Positions 1-11,165 of a DNA stretch of 64,000 nt are shown here, in pieces (the stretch's first letter is position 1; every line of letters begins with the position of its first letter). The translations under genes were made by a program, and so were the position numbers. The DNA is taken from the NCBI RefSeq assembly GCF_006345805.1, contig NC_043021.1, positions 3,472,001-3,536,000 of the forward strand, in the 5' to 3' direction. Source of the DNA: Octopus sinensis (lineage: Eukaryota). The notes beneath the pieces are model-generated. The model had not been told where the DNA came from. It saw nothing but the letters and a program-made list of their open reading frames with translations, and did not search any database.

Positions 1-126
1 TTCAGCCGTAGAAACACTGCCAGATCAGACTGGGCCTGGCACAGCCTTCTGGCTTCCCAGACCCCAGTTGAAGCATCCAACCCATGCTAGCATGGAAAAC
101 GGACGTTAAACTATGATGATGATGAT
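1..126 (+). mobile_element. SINE family A 3' end with (GAT)n tail (RTE-type tail)
   Basis: CCAACCCATGCTAGCATGGAAAACGGACGTTAAA followed by (GAT)n. The same end recurs at about 12640, 15900, 19590, 26070, 27335, 35615, 38850, 43395, 52165 and 63380. Confidence 0.8.
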
Positions 127-727
127 AATATTACAGATCCAGCAGAGCGTACTAGCATCATTCCTCTCTAGTCTTTACATGTCCTCTGCATTCGGGGCCC
201 ATATCTCCCTACCATGTCGAATTGTTGTTTGTTATTTGTAAATGAAAGTTACAAACTTCTTTCATAGCCATTGCTGCATTAACCTGATAACCTTGTCTCT
301 CAATTAAGATGCGTAAGCATGCAACACTGAGCATATTAAATGCTACTAAACAGTACTAAACATGAAAACAAGCAAAGGAAAAGAAAAAGAAAGCGCTATA
401 AAATAGTCCAAAACAAATTTTATTCACTTGTTATCTCGATCTTTTACGTGTTCCTGTCATTGGATTGTATCTATGCTGAGACACTACCTTGAAGGGTTTA
501 GTTGAATAAAGAGAAAATAAAAATAAAGGTAATAGAGATAAGACTAATAGTAATTGAGGAGAGTGGAAGTGGAGAGGAGAGTTAAGTCCATCAAGAATAA
601 AGAAATGGAATATTTTGGAGTGGTCAGTATTGTGTTGTGTCCTTGTCAAAAGATGACCTGTGTGGTGACTCTTGATTTGAGGTCAGATATTCAGTTCTCG
701 CAGGGGGTGTGCTGTACATACACATAC

Positions 728-1116
728 ACTCTTTTACTTGCTTCAGTCATTGGACTGCGGCCATGCTGGAGCACCGCCTTTAGTCGAGCAACTCGACCCC
801 GGGACCTATTCTTTGTAAGCCCAGTACTTATTCTATCGGTCTCTTTTGCCGAACCGCTAAGTAACGGGGACATAAACACACCAGCATCGGTTGTCAAACA
901 ATGCTAGGGGGCAAACACAGACACACAAACACATACACATACATATATATATACGACAGGCTTCTTTCAGTTTCCGTCTACCAAATCCACTCACAAGGCA
1001 TTGGTCGGCCCGGGGCTATAGTAGAAGACACTTGCCCAAGATGCTACACAGTGGGACTGAACCCGGAACAATGTGGTTGGTTAGCAAGCTACTTACCACA
1101 CATCCACTCCTGCGCC
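728..1116 (-). mobile_element. tRNA-derived SINE family B, full length
   Basis: Reverse strand shows a tRNA-like head (GGCGCAGGAGTGG..TGTGGTAAG A-box, GGTTC B-box), a CORE-like CTTGGGCAAGTGTCTT, an internal TA/CA microsatellite and an AGTAAAAG tail. More than 10 related copies occur in the window. Confidence 0.85.
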
Positions 1117-1859
1117 TATGTATACATATACACACATACACGTGCTTATATACTTACATGCCTCTTAACCATTACAACTTTGCATGTACACACACGAATT
1201 CATACAGTTATGCCAAACCAAATAAAACAATTGTGTGGTTTAAAGGTGATTTAGCTGTTGATTTTAGCACATCTTACGATCACCTCATACCGTCCTCGTT
1301 TTTTTTTGTCATCCTGACATGTATTGATGTTTTCAATATTTTTCTCCCCATAAAGACATTTAATAATCCATTGCTGGGATTTAAGCAAAAAATTCGGACT
1401 GTCCATTAAGTTAAACTCTAAAAAAAAAAATTAAATTAGGAAAAGAGTGGAAATTTTAGGATTTGGGGTGGGGGTTAACATTTTTTCATAATTGTATGAA
1501 TTCCCGCGTTTAGAACACAAATTCGCAAAAGTTTTCTTAAAATTCCAAAAAAAAAAATAGTTATGAGGGGTTACATGGGGTACTTAAACCAGTATTCCGT
1601 CACAAAATGTATTACTTTCGGCTTTAGGTTTCCAGTTTAAATGTTGCCGAAATCGACTTTGCTTTTGATTCTTTCGGAATCAATAAAATATGTACCAGGC
1701 GACTACTGGGGGGAGGAGGAGGGGGGGCGATGTAACCCCCTCCTCCAAAATTCCAGGCCTTGTGCCTATCGTAGAAAGGATTATCATAAATACCGCTAAG
1801 CCAAATTTCTTGCAGTATTTAGTTCCCTTTGTGTTCTGATATAATCGCCAATAGCCTCC

Positions 1860-3330
1860 CTCTGAGACTACGTGACGTCATATAGTAGGAATGACTCTCA
1901 AGCTTTTACTGCCTGAGTATTCCGTTCGTATCGAGATGTGCGGGCGTCGTGTCGTAAATGTTGTCCGGTCAGCAGAGAGGTCGATATTGTTGGTACTAGT
2001 AACTGGAGCAAAATTTGCATGCAGCTCAGCACCTGGGGAAGTAGGAACAGGATGGCCTAGCGTCGTAGTGCGCTGCATCGACAATCCGGGGGTTAAGCTG
2101 TTTGGGTCTGGACATCCAGTTGGATGGGAAGGAGGACGAAGCAGAGTGGCCAATCTTACTCAGAAATGGGCTGAAAAGAAGCCATCTCTGAAAGACCCAA
2201 GTGACGGACGCGACGTAAGCGTCCGTTATATGTTACACTCGAAACCGCGATCCTACGACCGTGAATCCGCTGCCCTAACCACTGGGCCATTGCGCCTCCA
2301 CTCTTTTAGTAGAGACCGTACCATGAAGGGCGGCTATCTGGCAGAATTGTTAGCACGTTGGCTCGCTTGCTTTGTGATAGTAGTTCGAGCCGTGTGTTTC
2401 CTGAGTTCGAACTCCCAGCGGAATTGTTTTATTTTTTCTTTTCATGGTCGATAATCCCCGAGAACTACGTTAAGGGTACACGTGTCTGTGGAGTGCTCAG
2501 CCACTTACACGTTAATTTCACGAGCAGGCTGTTCCGTTGATCGGATCAACCGGAACCCTCGTCGTCGTAACCGACGGAGTGCTTCCACCATATGTTACAC
2601 TCAACTGACTTGCCCTGTTCCAGCTTTTATCTGGACCTGCTATTTCAGTTTTTGTGTAAGTACCGCGTTTCTCTGGTCAGGCGGTCCATCTGTTGACAAC
2701 ATTATGTGCACGGTGTACTCGGAATGCTGTGACTGATGGTGCGTTTAGAACCACCGTGGTTGCGAGATCTGCAGAAATTTCTGGATGGTTGAGCTAGTGT
2801 GATTGCCGTTTATCAAACACGTATTTTTATACTGTTCGTCTCTTTGACAGAACTGCAATCTTGGTTCAAGCAAAGACCAAAACCTCTGGCCTCCGAAATC
2901 TTTTAGGCGCTCACAAACTCCTGTATGTCAGGTAATGCAGCCGATGGAACTTCCATGTGCGATTTCTGTAGATACCTAAGGGGGTAGAGAAGAACAACAA
3001 TATTGTCATATTGCCGGCGAGAATCAACTCGCTAGTCGAATACAGAGAATTTTCGACCAGAGCACTATGGATAAATTCCAGAAATCATTAGCCCGACAGT
3101 GCTACAGAAGGGCATTGCTGGTTTGAAATAAACTTCACAGGTTCGGAAGTGCTATCAACCGCACTTGTTCGAAATGTTCGCAGAGCGAAGGAACCGTTCA
3201 GTGTCCGAGGCTTGCTAAATTGTACAGTTGTATCTGACAACTGTTGTCGCGTCCAAGACGCATCCAGCATCACCCGTGTCCACATTGCTAGCTCGCAAAC
3301 AAAAATAAAAAGCCGTAAATTTATTAATTT
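1860..3330 (-). mobile_element. Possible highly decayed Gypsy-like internal (integrase) remnant, interrupted by a SINE composite
   Basis: CpG-rich unique-looking DNA. Reverse-strand fragments QLSDTTVQFS, ERFLRSANI and IQKFLQI loosely resemble integrase core motifs, but there are many frameshifts. Confidence 0.25.
2241..2589. mobile_element. Composite SINE insertion with a 13-bp target-site duplication
   Basis: ATATGTTACACTC occurs at 2228-2240 and 2590-2602. Inside are an inverted tRNA-like head, a family C head, and a tail shared with the element at 17113-17383. Confidence 0.6.
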
Positions 3331-4390
3331 AGGTTTATTTGAATAGGATTGTGTGGCTTTATTGGCCGCAAATGTTTCGTGTATCTCGATTCTTTGACTG
3401 TTTAAATTATATCGAAATGGTAATACACGTGCCCTTTGGGCTCTATGGCACCATTTCAACCGTGACCATCCTGTCTATTTCCTTTAGTACTATGCACCAC
3501 ATTATCTATTGTAAAATAGTAGAATGTGATTTGAAAGTGATTCGACTGCTATTTCTAGCATATCTACTTGCAAAGGCTCCCTATTTATCTCGCCTGTGTA
3601 CATTTTGTTGTCATAGTTCTAGACGGGCTATGATGAAAGGCATTCCAGTCATGACCATCCCTTCTTTCCAGGAGTTTTTAAGGCTACATCATCCAGTGTG
3701 TCCCTTCTTTTTAGGGCTACGTTATTCAGTATGTCCATACTATAGTCAAGACAGTAGAGTAAGAACTGGCTGTTATTTCTAGCAAGAACGAGCGCCTCCC
3801 TATCTCTAAAGTTCAGCTGACCATAAGTGGTTACCATTGAGAGTATTTTGGTGTCTAGATGCAAATAAATAAACAAATATAATTGGTGCAATATTTTAGG
3901 CGCAGATGTGGCTGTGTGGTAAGAAGCTTGCTTCCCATCCACTGCGTGGCTCGACTAAAGCCTTGTGAATGGATTTGGTAGACGGAACTGAAAGACGCCC
4001 TTCATATAAATGTGTATGTGTGAAGTCCTGGGATCGATTTGTTCGACTGAAATCCTTCAAGGTGGTGCTCCAGCATGGCCGCAGTCAAATGGCTTCAATA
4101 AAAGAATATATGAATGTAAAAAGGGTCTTGTTTAGTTAGTTCCACCGGTATCAGCAAACAAAAGTCTCTGTTATAAATATTAAATTAAAATTCCTTTTTT
4201 TGAAAATAAATCGTTGACAGTAACCCTTATGTCGAAGTCCCATATCTCAAGAAAAGGGGGGGGGCTTTTTTCCCTTGAATTTCATACAATAATTACGATT
4301 CTATAAAAAATTCCAAAAATTTTTATTTTTTTCCTATGTGACATCGAACTTCGAAACGCAGAACTTATACATACATACACACACACACAC

Positions 4391-4419
<29 letters not shown>

Positions 4420-4423
<4 letters not shown>

Positions 4424-4562
4424 GCAACGATTTGCCTCACCACTCACCGAATTTAGAAATAGCAGTCAAAGAGTTTTGGCTATTCTTTCTACTTAAGAAT
4501 AGCCAAAACTCTTTGACTGCTATTTCTAAATTCGGTGTGTGGTGAGGCAAATCGTTGCTATA
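4420..4562. repeat. Near-perfect palindrome with 68-bp arms and a 7-nt loop
   Basis: Arms 4420-4487 and 4495-4562 are reverse complements with one mismatch; the loop is TCTACTT. Confidence 0.95.
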
Positions 4563-4864
4563 CCCTTAATTACTTAGTATTACTTAAACCTTCCTTGAAT
4601 GGGGCTTTTACATGCCGAAATCTACTTGGTGAAATTAATGATTATTCCAAATTAATTAATTTCACCCTTTATATTATTATATATATATGCATATATATAC
4701 ATACACTCACACATATATAATATAATGCATATTCTTCCACTAAGCTTCAAATCATAATGTAACTTGTTCATCATATAGTTTTGAAATATTTTTTCGAGAT
4801 CGTTGTGAATATGTTATTAATGAGATCCAACCGCGACCATTATCATCATCGTTATTATTAAATC

Positions 4865-5062
4865 AATCGTTAGCATGCCGGACAAAGTGCTTGGCGGTAT
4901 TTCGTCCGTCTTTATGTTCTAAGTTCAAATTCCACCGTGGTCAACTTTGCCTTCCATCCATTCGTGGTCGATAAATTAAGTACCAGTTACGCACTGGGAT
5001 CGATGTAATCGACTCAATCCCTTCTCCCAAATTTGAAGCCCTGTTCTTCCAGCAGAAAGGAT
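4865..5062 (+). mobile_element. SINE family C (Meta-domain-like), CpG-intact copy
   Basis: GTTCAAATTCC B-box followed by GCCTTCCATCCATTCGTGGTCGATAAATTAAGTACCAG, which resembles the MetaSINE central domain; ends in an (ATT)n tail. Confidence 0.75.
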
Positions 5063-6019
5063 TATTATTATTATTATTATCATTATTATCATTATTATTA
5101 TTATTATCATTATTATCATTATTATTATTATCATTATTATTATCATTATTATTATATTATTAATGTTGTTATTATTATCATTATTATTATATTATTATCA
5201 TTATTATTATTATTATCATTATTATTATTATCATTATTATTATATTATTATCATTATTATTATATCATTATTATTATTATATTATCATTATTATTATCAT
5301 TATTATTAATTATTAATGTTGTTATTATTATCATTATTATTATATTATTATCATTATTATCATTATTATTATTATCATTATTATTATCATTATTATTATA
5401 TTATTAATGTTATTATTATCATTATTATTATATTATTATCATTATTATCATTATTATTATTATCATTATTATTATTATCATTATTATTATTATTATCATT
5501 ATTATTATCATTATTATTATCATTATGATTATTATTATCATTATTATTATTATTATCATTATTATTATTATCATTATTATCATTATTATTATTATATCAT
5601 TATTATTATCATTATTATTATATTATTAATGTTGTTATTATTATCATTATTATTATATTATTATCATTATTATTATATTATTATCATTATTATCATTATT
5701 ATTATTATCATTATTATTATTATCATTATTATTATCATTATTATTATATTATTAATGTTGTTATTATTATCATTATTATTATATTATTATCATTATTATT
5801 ATTATTATTATCATTATTATTATTATCATTATTATTATCATTATTATTATATTATTAATGTTGTTATTATTATCATTATTATTATATTATTATCATTATT
5901 ATCATTATTATTATTATCATTATTATTATTATCATTATTATTATGATTATTATTATCATTATGATTATTATTATCATTATTATATTATTATTATCATTAT
6001 TATTATTATTATTATTATT
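5060..6019. repeat. About 960-bp (TAT/CAT)n microsatellite expanded from a SINE tail
   Basis: Continuous ATT/CAT repeats with a recurring TATTAATGTTGTTATT marker. Confidence 0.95.
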
Positions 6020-6299
6020 AAATACAACATAAATAAACATAAAAAGTTTCTTTAAATGTTACTTTAGTATTTCTTACGATTCGTCAAAACAAGTTCGGAA
6101 AAAGTTTTAGTTTCGTACTTTTCGTCTTATTCATTTATCCATTTATTATTTTTTTAGTTTTGTTTTCTGGTGTGATTTTTTTCTTTGTAAATTCATTAAA
6201 ATTTCTAACGAAAAATTTTCCGACAAATAATTTTTTTTTTTTATTATTTCTTCACTGATTTTTTTTAAAAACTGATTTTATTTATTTATTTTTTTTTTA

Positions 6300-6522
6300 T
6301 TTGCAGCTGCTGTATTGGTTGCCACGTGATCACTACATCCGGGTGATCGGCCATAGGAGAAATGGCGGTTGCCGTCGCAATTGTGTCGTCGGTTTCAGAG
6401 CAGAGAGAAGCGATCTAGTTGCAAGGAGGAGAAGGGAAAACAATGAATTTGAAGTGGTCCAAACGTACGCTTTCTCTTCCTGTTTGAACTGAATCAAGAT
6501 ACATCAAGCGATTTACACAAAT
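6300..6522 (+). promoter_or_regulatory. Putative pinin core promoter / 5' leader
   Basis: CpG-rich segment after a long T-tract, containing ATTGG (reverse CCAAT, 6314-6318), CACGTG E-box (6323-6328), ACTACATCCGGG, and a YY1-like AAATGGCGG (6360-6368). TTGCAG at 6301-6306 could instead be a splice acceptor. Confidence 0.55.
6362..6418 (+). other. uORF1 upstream of pinin (MAVAVAIVSSVSEQREAI*)
   Basis: ATG at 6362 in a strong context (GAAATGG), TAG at 6416-6418, out of frame with the main ORF. A second uORF lies at 6443-6487 (MNLKWSKRTLSLPV*). Confidence 0.5.
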
Positions 6523-8316
6523 ATGGCGGCCTTCGTTCGTGACTTCAACGTCTTACAACAAGAACTGGAGAAAACTAAAGAGAGCCTAAAAGATGTGGAC
6601 GATAACATTAAGAAACTGACCGGTCGCGATCCGACCGAACCCGGTAGGACCGGACAGCAGCGAAGGATTCTTTTGGGATTTAACGAGCGCGGTACAACCG
6701 ACCCGGCTCCCAATCGGAGCGGCAGAAAACGTGTGCTTCCTGTCGGCAAGTGGGCCGTCACCGAGGCCGATGCAGCCCCCCGGAAGAAGCGTGGAAACAT
6801 CGCCAGCAGACTCGGTCCCCGACCCAGCCGATCGTCGCAAGACAGCGGCGATGCAGACGAAATGGTGCGCAAACCTTCGGTGCCTTCGTCCGTGGTGGCC
6901 ACATCCAGAGATTCGTTGACTCGTAAAGATATGCTCGACGCTCAGGGCAAAGACGAGCGGGGCATGGCGAGGAACAAACGCATGTTCGGTCTTTTGTTGG
7001 GAACTTTACAAAAATTTAAAGACGAGGCCAAAGACAAGAAGGATAAACACGATCAACGGAAACGAGTGGAGCTGAAGTTGGAAGAAAAAGCTCAACAGGA
7101 AAAAGATGAAATTCGTAAAGAACGTGAACTTCTGTTTCAGATTCGTCGTGAGAAACAGACTAGGATTCGTTTATTAGAACAAAAAATGGAACTTGTTTCA
7201 ACACACGAAAAATGTGAAGCAGAAATTCGCAAACTGACAAATTTTATTTGTACAAAGACTAAACCGTGCATCTTCTACTTACCGAAGGTCCACACCCCTG
7301 CCACCGAAAGTCGCCTGTCGGAGAGTACCAAAGTGGTGAATGAAATGATCGCCGAACGACGTCGGCGATTGACAGCCGAGATCAATGAACTCATGGGTCC
7401 CTCGTCTTTCGCACACTTGGCTGGCGATGATGAGCATGGCCTGGACATGGAAGAAGACGACAGTGAGAATATTCCAGCTGGTCCCACAGGGAGAAGAGAC
7501 GGTGGTGGGGCAGGAAGTGTTGACGGTGACAAACGTTATCCTATTCATTACCGCGGCAGTTCCGCAGGTAACAAAGACTGGTCAAGGAACAAAGACAAAA
7601 AGACATCGTCTAAGAGGTCATCAGGTGGTGGTGGTGGTGGAGGAGGAAATGATCATCATCAACATCATCAGGATTCTAAAACTGGTAAACACGGATGGGA
7701 GGTGCACCGAATGTCAAAATCTTGTAAAGATCAACAGTCACAGATGCTGCAACAGGGTTCCACGGCCATCACCTCTTCCAGTGCAGTCTCTTCTAAGTCA
7801 GTTTCAAATAAATGGCAGTTGTTAATGGAAATGGACAGTGGCTTAGAAGAGGACGAGGAACGGGTTGTAGTACCCAACACTGCAGTTCCAAACATAAGTC
7901 TGCCTATGACACCACTACCGCCGACGTCGTCATCATCTTCAGCGCTTGTAGCTCGACATGACGAAGATGATGATGATGATGACAACCGTGACGACGACGA
8001 CGAAGAAGGAGAAGAGCGCGGCGAACGTGGTGAGGCGGAAGAGGCTGGTGACAAAAGGGAAGTTTGTATAGAGGAAAATATTAATGGCACCGAGGACAGG
8101 CGCCTGGTAGATGCTAGCGGTGTTGCCAGCTGCCGGAGAGTCGTTTTGGCAGCAGATGTTGATGATGATGACGATGATGATGATGATGATGACGACGACG
8201 ACGATGATGATAGAGGAGGCGGAGGTGGTGGTGGTGGTAATAATGAGGATGATGATGATGATGACAATGATGAGGAAGATGAAGGGGATGATAGCAATGA
8301 TGTCCATAAACCCTAA
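6523..8316 (+). CDS. PNN: Pinin (PNN/DRS/memA) homologue, 597 aa, single uninterrupted ORF
   Basis: N-terminal LQQELEKTKESLKDVDDNIKKLTGRDP matches the pinin N-terminal coiled coil. RNKRMFGLLLGTLQKF matches the Pinin/SDK/memA domain. FICTKTKPCIFYLP is an RSB (RNPS1-SAP18-binding) motif. C-terminus is acidic and low complexity. Start context is AATATGGCGG. Confidence 0.93.
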   Translation: MAAFVRDFNVLQQELEKTKESLKDVDDNIKKLTGRDPTEPGRTGQQRRILLGFNERGTTDPAPNRSGRKRVLPVGKWAVTEADAAPRKKRGNIASRLGPRPSRSSQDSGDADEMVRKPSVPSSVVATSRDSLTRKDMLDAQGKDERGMARNKRMFGLLLGTLQKFKDEAKDKKDKHDQRKRVELKLEEKAQQEKDEIRKERELLFQIRREKQTRIRLLEQKMELVSTHEKCEAEIRKLTNFICTKTKPCIFYLPKVHTPATESRLSESTKVVNEMIAERRRRLTAEINELMGPSSFAHLAGDDEHGLDMEEDDSENIPAGPTGRRDGGGAGSVDGDKRYPIHYRGSSAGNKDWSRNKDKKTSSKRSSGGGGGGGGNDHHQHHQDSKTGKHGWEVHRMSKSCKDQQSQMLQQGSTAITSSSAVSSKSVSNKWQLLMEMDSGLEEDEERVVVPNTAVPNISLPMTPLPPTSSSSSALVARHDEDDDDDDNRDDDDEEGEERGERGEAEEAGDKREVCIEENINGTEDRRLVDASGVASCRRVVLAADVDDDDDDDDDDDDDDDDDRGGGGGGGGNNEDDDDDDNDEEDEGDDSNDVHKP

Positions 8317-8965
8317 TAACAAATGATGCAAACAAAACAGACTCTACATACATTTGGTTTTGGTTTCATTAGATCTTTAATTTACCATATTTCATGTTTC
8401 ATTATATTATTTTTAAAATTCGTATCTGATGTTTTTTTTTTTTTTTTGTTATTATTTTTATTTATATATTCTGATAAATTGTTTCCCCCCACCCCACCCC
8501 AACCTCATTTCTTCAATGTTTTTCTTTGCCACACCCACCTCTCTCCTACCCACCCTCCAAAATTTAATTTGAGAGGTTTATAAGAATTGGTAAAAAACAC
8601 GAAGATTAGACATAAGTTATTATTTCAACCATGCTCGTTTATATATTTTTTGTAATCCTTTCATATAAACATATAATGTATCTTGGACTGTGTATGGTAA
8701 CTGAAGTATGTTTAAATGTTTGACCACAACAAAACACTCATAATTTATGGCGTGTGTGTATGTATGCATATGTGTATATATATATCTGAGAGCCTTGGAC
8801 TTTTTGTTGGAATTTATTGTGGAGCATTGAAAGTTAAACACAACTACTTTTATCCACTCATGCATTATATATATATGTGTGTATCATTGTTCAGTCTAAG
8901 AGGACAGATGCATAGGTGTGAGTGTATGAGAATCACATTCCTCATTTAGTGTTTGATACACAAGC

Positions 8966-8971
8966 ATTAAA
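8966..8971 (+). terminator. Candidate polyadenylation signal (ATTAAA) for pinin
   Basis: ATTAAA about 650 nt after the stop codon, followed by GT/T-rich sequence and lying just before the repeat-rich region starts. Confidence 0.3.
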
Positions 8972-9264
8972 ATGAAATGCTGTTAAATGGCGTCAGTGTG
9001 AAGTTTTTGTAAAGGCCCATGAGTAAAAACATTTGTTATCAGCAACAGTATCAAGAGTGTGTTTGAACTGTCTTATATTTTACAGGTGTTGGTGCCAGTT
9101 TGCTGTTAAACCTGGTTCTGACAACATTGATTGCATCTAAACACCTTCGCTGCACACGTTAGCATTATTTAAACACCACCTTTGACAAACTATGTGATTT
9201 AATCTTTAAAGAAAAAGTATTGGGATGAGGGCAGGCTGGCAGATTTCTCTTCAATCACATAAGA

Positions 9265-9990
9265 TGACAAGCTGGCAGAATCATAAGCATGTTGGGCAAA
9301 GCGCTTAGCAGTATTTCTTCCTGCGTACTGTGTTCTGGGGTCAGCTTTGCTTTTCGTCATTTTGGGGGCTGATAAAATATGTACCAGTTGATCACTGGGA
9401 TTGATGTAATCAGCTTAACCTTTCCTTTAAAATTGCTGGCCTTGTGCAAAAATTTGAAACACTTAACTAAGGTAGTGCGCTGGCAGAATAATTAGCATGC
9501 CAGGTAAAATGCTTGGCAGCATTTCATCTGTCCTTATGTTCTGAGTTCAAATTCCTGCTGAGGTGGACTTTGCCTTTTGTCCTTTCGGGGTCGATAAAAG
9601 AAGTACCAGTTACTCTCAGGTCAATATAATCAACTAGCCCCCTCCCCAAAAATTTAGGCCTTGTACCTATAGTAGAAAGATTATTATTACAATTAAGGCC
9701 GCGAGCTGTGCAGAATTGTTAGTATTCAGGGCAAAATGCTTATTGGTGTTTTGTCCACCTCTATGTTCTGAGTTCAGATGCTATTGAGGTTGACTTCGTC
9801 TTTCAGCCCCTTCAGTCTCAATAAAATAGGTACCAGTTGAGCACCGGGATCAATGTAATCAACTTACTCCCTCCTCTAAAATTGCTGGCCTTGTGCCAAA
9901 ATCTGAAACCATTATTATAATTAGGGTGTCAAGCTGGCAGAATAATTAATGCATCAGACAAAACATTTAGTGGTATTTCTTTCAGTTCTT
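9265..9990 (+). mobile_element. Head-to-tail cluster of family C SINEs (three full plus one partial)
   Basis: Repeated GCTGGCAGAAT heads at about 9272, 9479, 9704 and 9933, each of the first three ending in GGCCTTGTG..GAAA. Copies are CpG-decayed. Confidence 0.75.
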
Positions 9991-11165
9991 TGAAGAATTT
10001 TAGTTGAATAAACTGACTCCAGTACCTTTTTTTTTTAAGCCTGGTACTTAATCTATCATGTCTTGCCAAACCACTAAGTTATGAGAATGTAAGCACACCA
10101 ACACCAGCTGTAAAGCAGTGGTGGTGGGACAGACACTAACACAAAGACACACACTCAAACGGGCCTCTTTCAGTTTCCATCTACCAAATCCACTCACCAG
10201 GCTTTGGTTAGCCTGACACTTGCCCAATTTGCTATAAAGTGGACTAAACCTGGACCCATGTGGTTGAGCAAAAAGAGTCAATATTGTATTACTTAGTAGC
10301 AAGAAATGATTTTAGATTGGATGGGGTTATATTTTTAGCTATAAAGACTATTGGGACATTGCAGAAGCTAGGTATATATTAGAATTGACTATAACTTCTT
10401 CCCCAAAATCATAATTAATAATGAGATAATCATGTTACTTATTTCAGTGGTTTGTCACATTACTCTGTAAGGAGCATAGGGCTAGTCTCTCTAGCATATA
10501 TATTCCTCCCTGGATGGGACACCAGTCCATCATGGAAATACTCATTTTTACCAACAGAGTGGACTGGAGCAACATGGAATTAAGTGTTTTGGTCAGTGTA
10601 ATCAATTAGCTCCTTCCCCATCAAATTTCAGGCTTTGTGTCTGTAGCAGAAAGAATTACTGTGTACTTCTTTGAGGTGCACTCTAATTGTTATTATGAAA
10701 GTTGTTTGAAGTCTGTCAAGGTTCCAACTTAATCTTTCATTCTCATGATTAGAAAATGAACAGCAGTTAAATACTAGAGCTGACCCAATCAGCCAAGCTC
10801 TTTCTGCATTTGAAATCGTGATAGGCCACATCCAGCCAAAATACTCTACCTGTTTTATGTTCAAACTGCCTAGATTCAGCTTCTCACACCTACCCTAAAA
10901 TATTCTACCAAGTAATGCATGACTAATTCAAAACAATGTGAATAAAGAAAGCATTACATTTGACAAAGAAATCTGAATACGAAAGGGTTAAACAGTTTAC
11001 AGAATTTACTTACCTTCTAAATTTGAAACTTTTGGGAGTTGATTCAGTTTGTTCTCTTCTTCCCTCACCAATTTGTTGTCGCTTGAGCCACTATAAGAAA
11101 TAGTTATCACTGATGCCTACAGAGGTGGCAGGAATCAGAGTGCCACAATACTTATTCTTGAGAGG

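Noticed and set aside
891-1409. Recurrent ORFs with RQASFSFRLPNPLTR...SGTEPGTMWLV
   Set aside because: Antisense translations of SINE family B, repeated wherever the SINE occurs.
1891-2454. 187-aa ORF
   Set aside because: Runs from a decayed element into SINE sequence and has no recognisable domain.
5033-6055. Tyr/His/Ile/Leu-rich ORFs (also the YI and LSIY ORFs at 13.7, 21.7, 22.6 and 49 kb)
   Set aside because: Translations of microsatellites.
7731-8353. Overlapping antisense and alternative-frame ORFs in the pinin 3' half
   Set aside because: Shadows of the GAT/GAC/GGT repeats in the real ORF.
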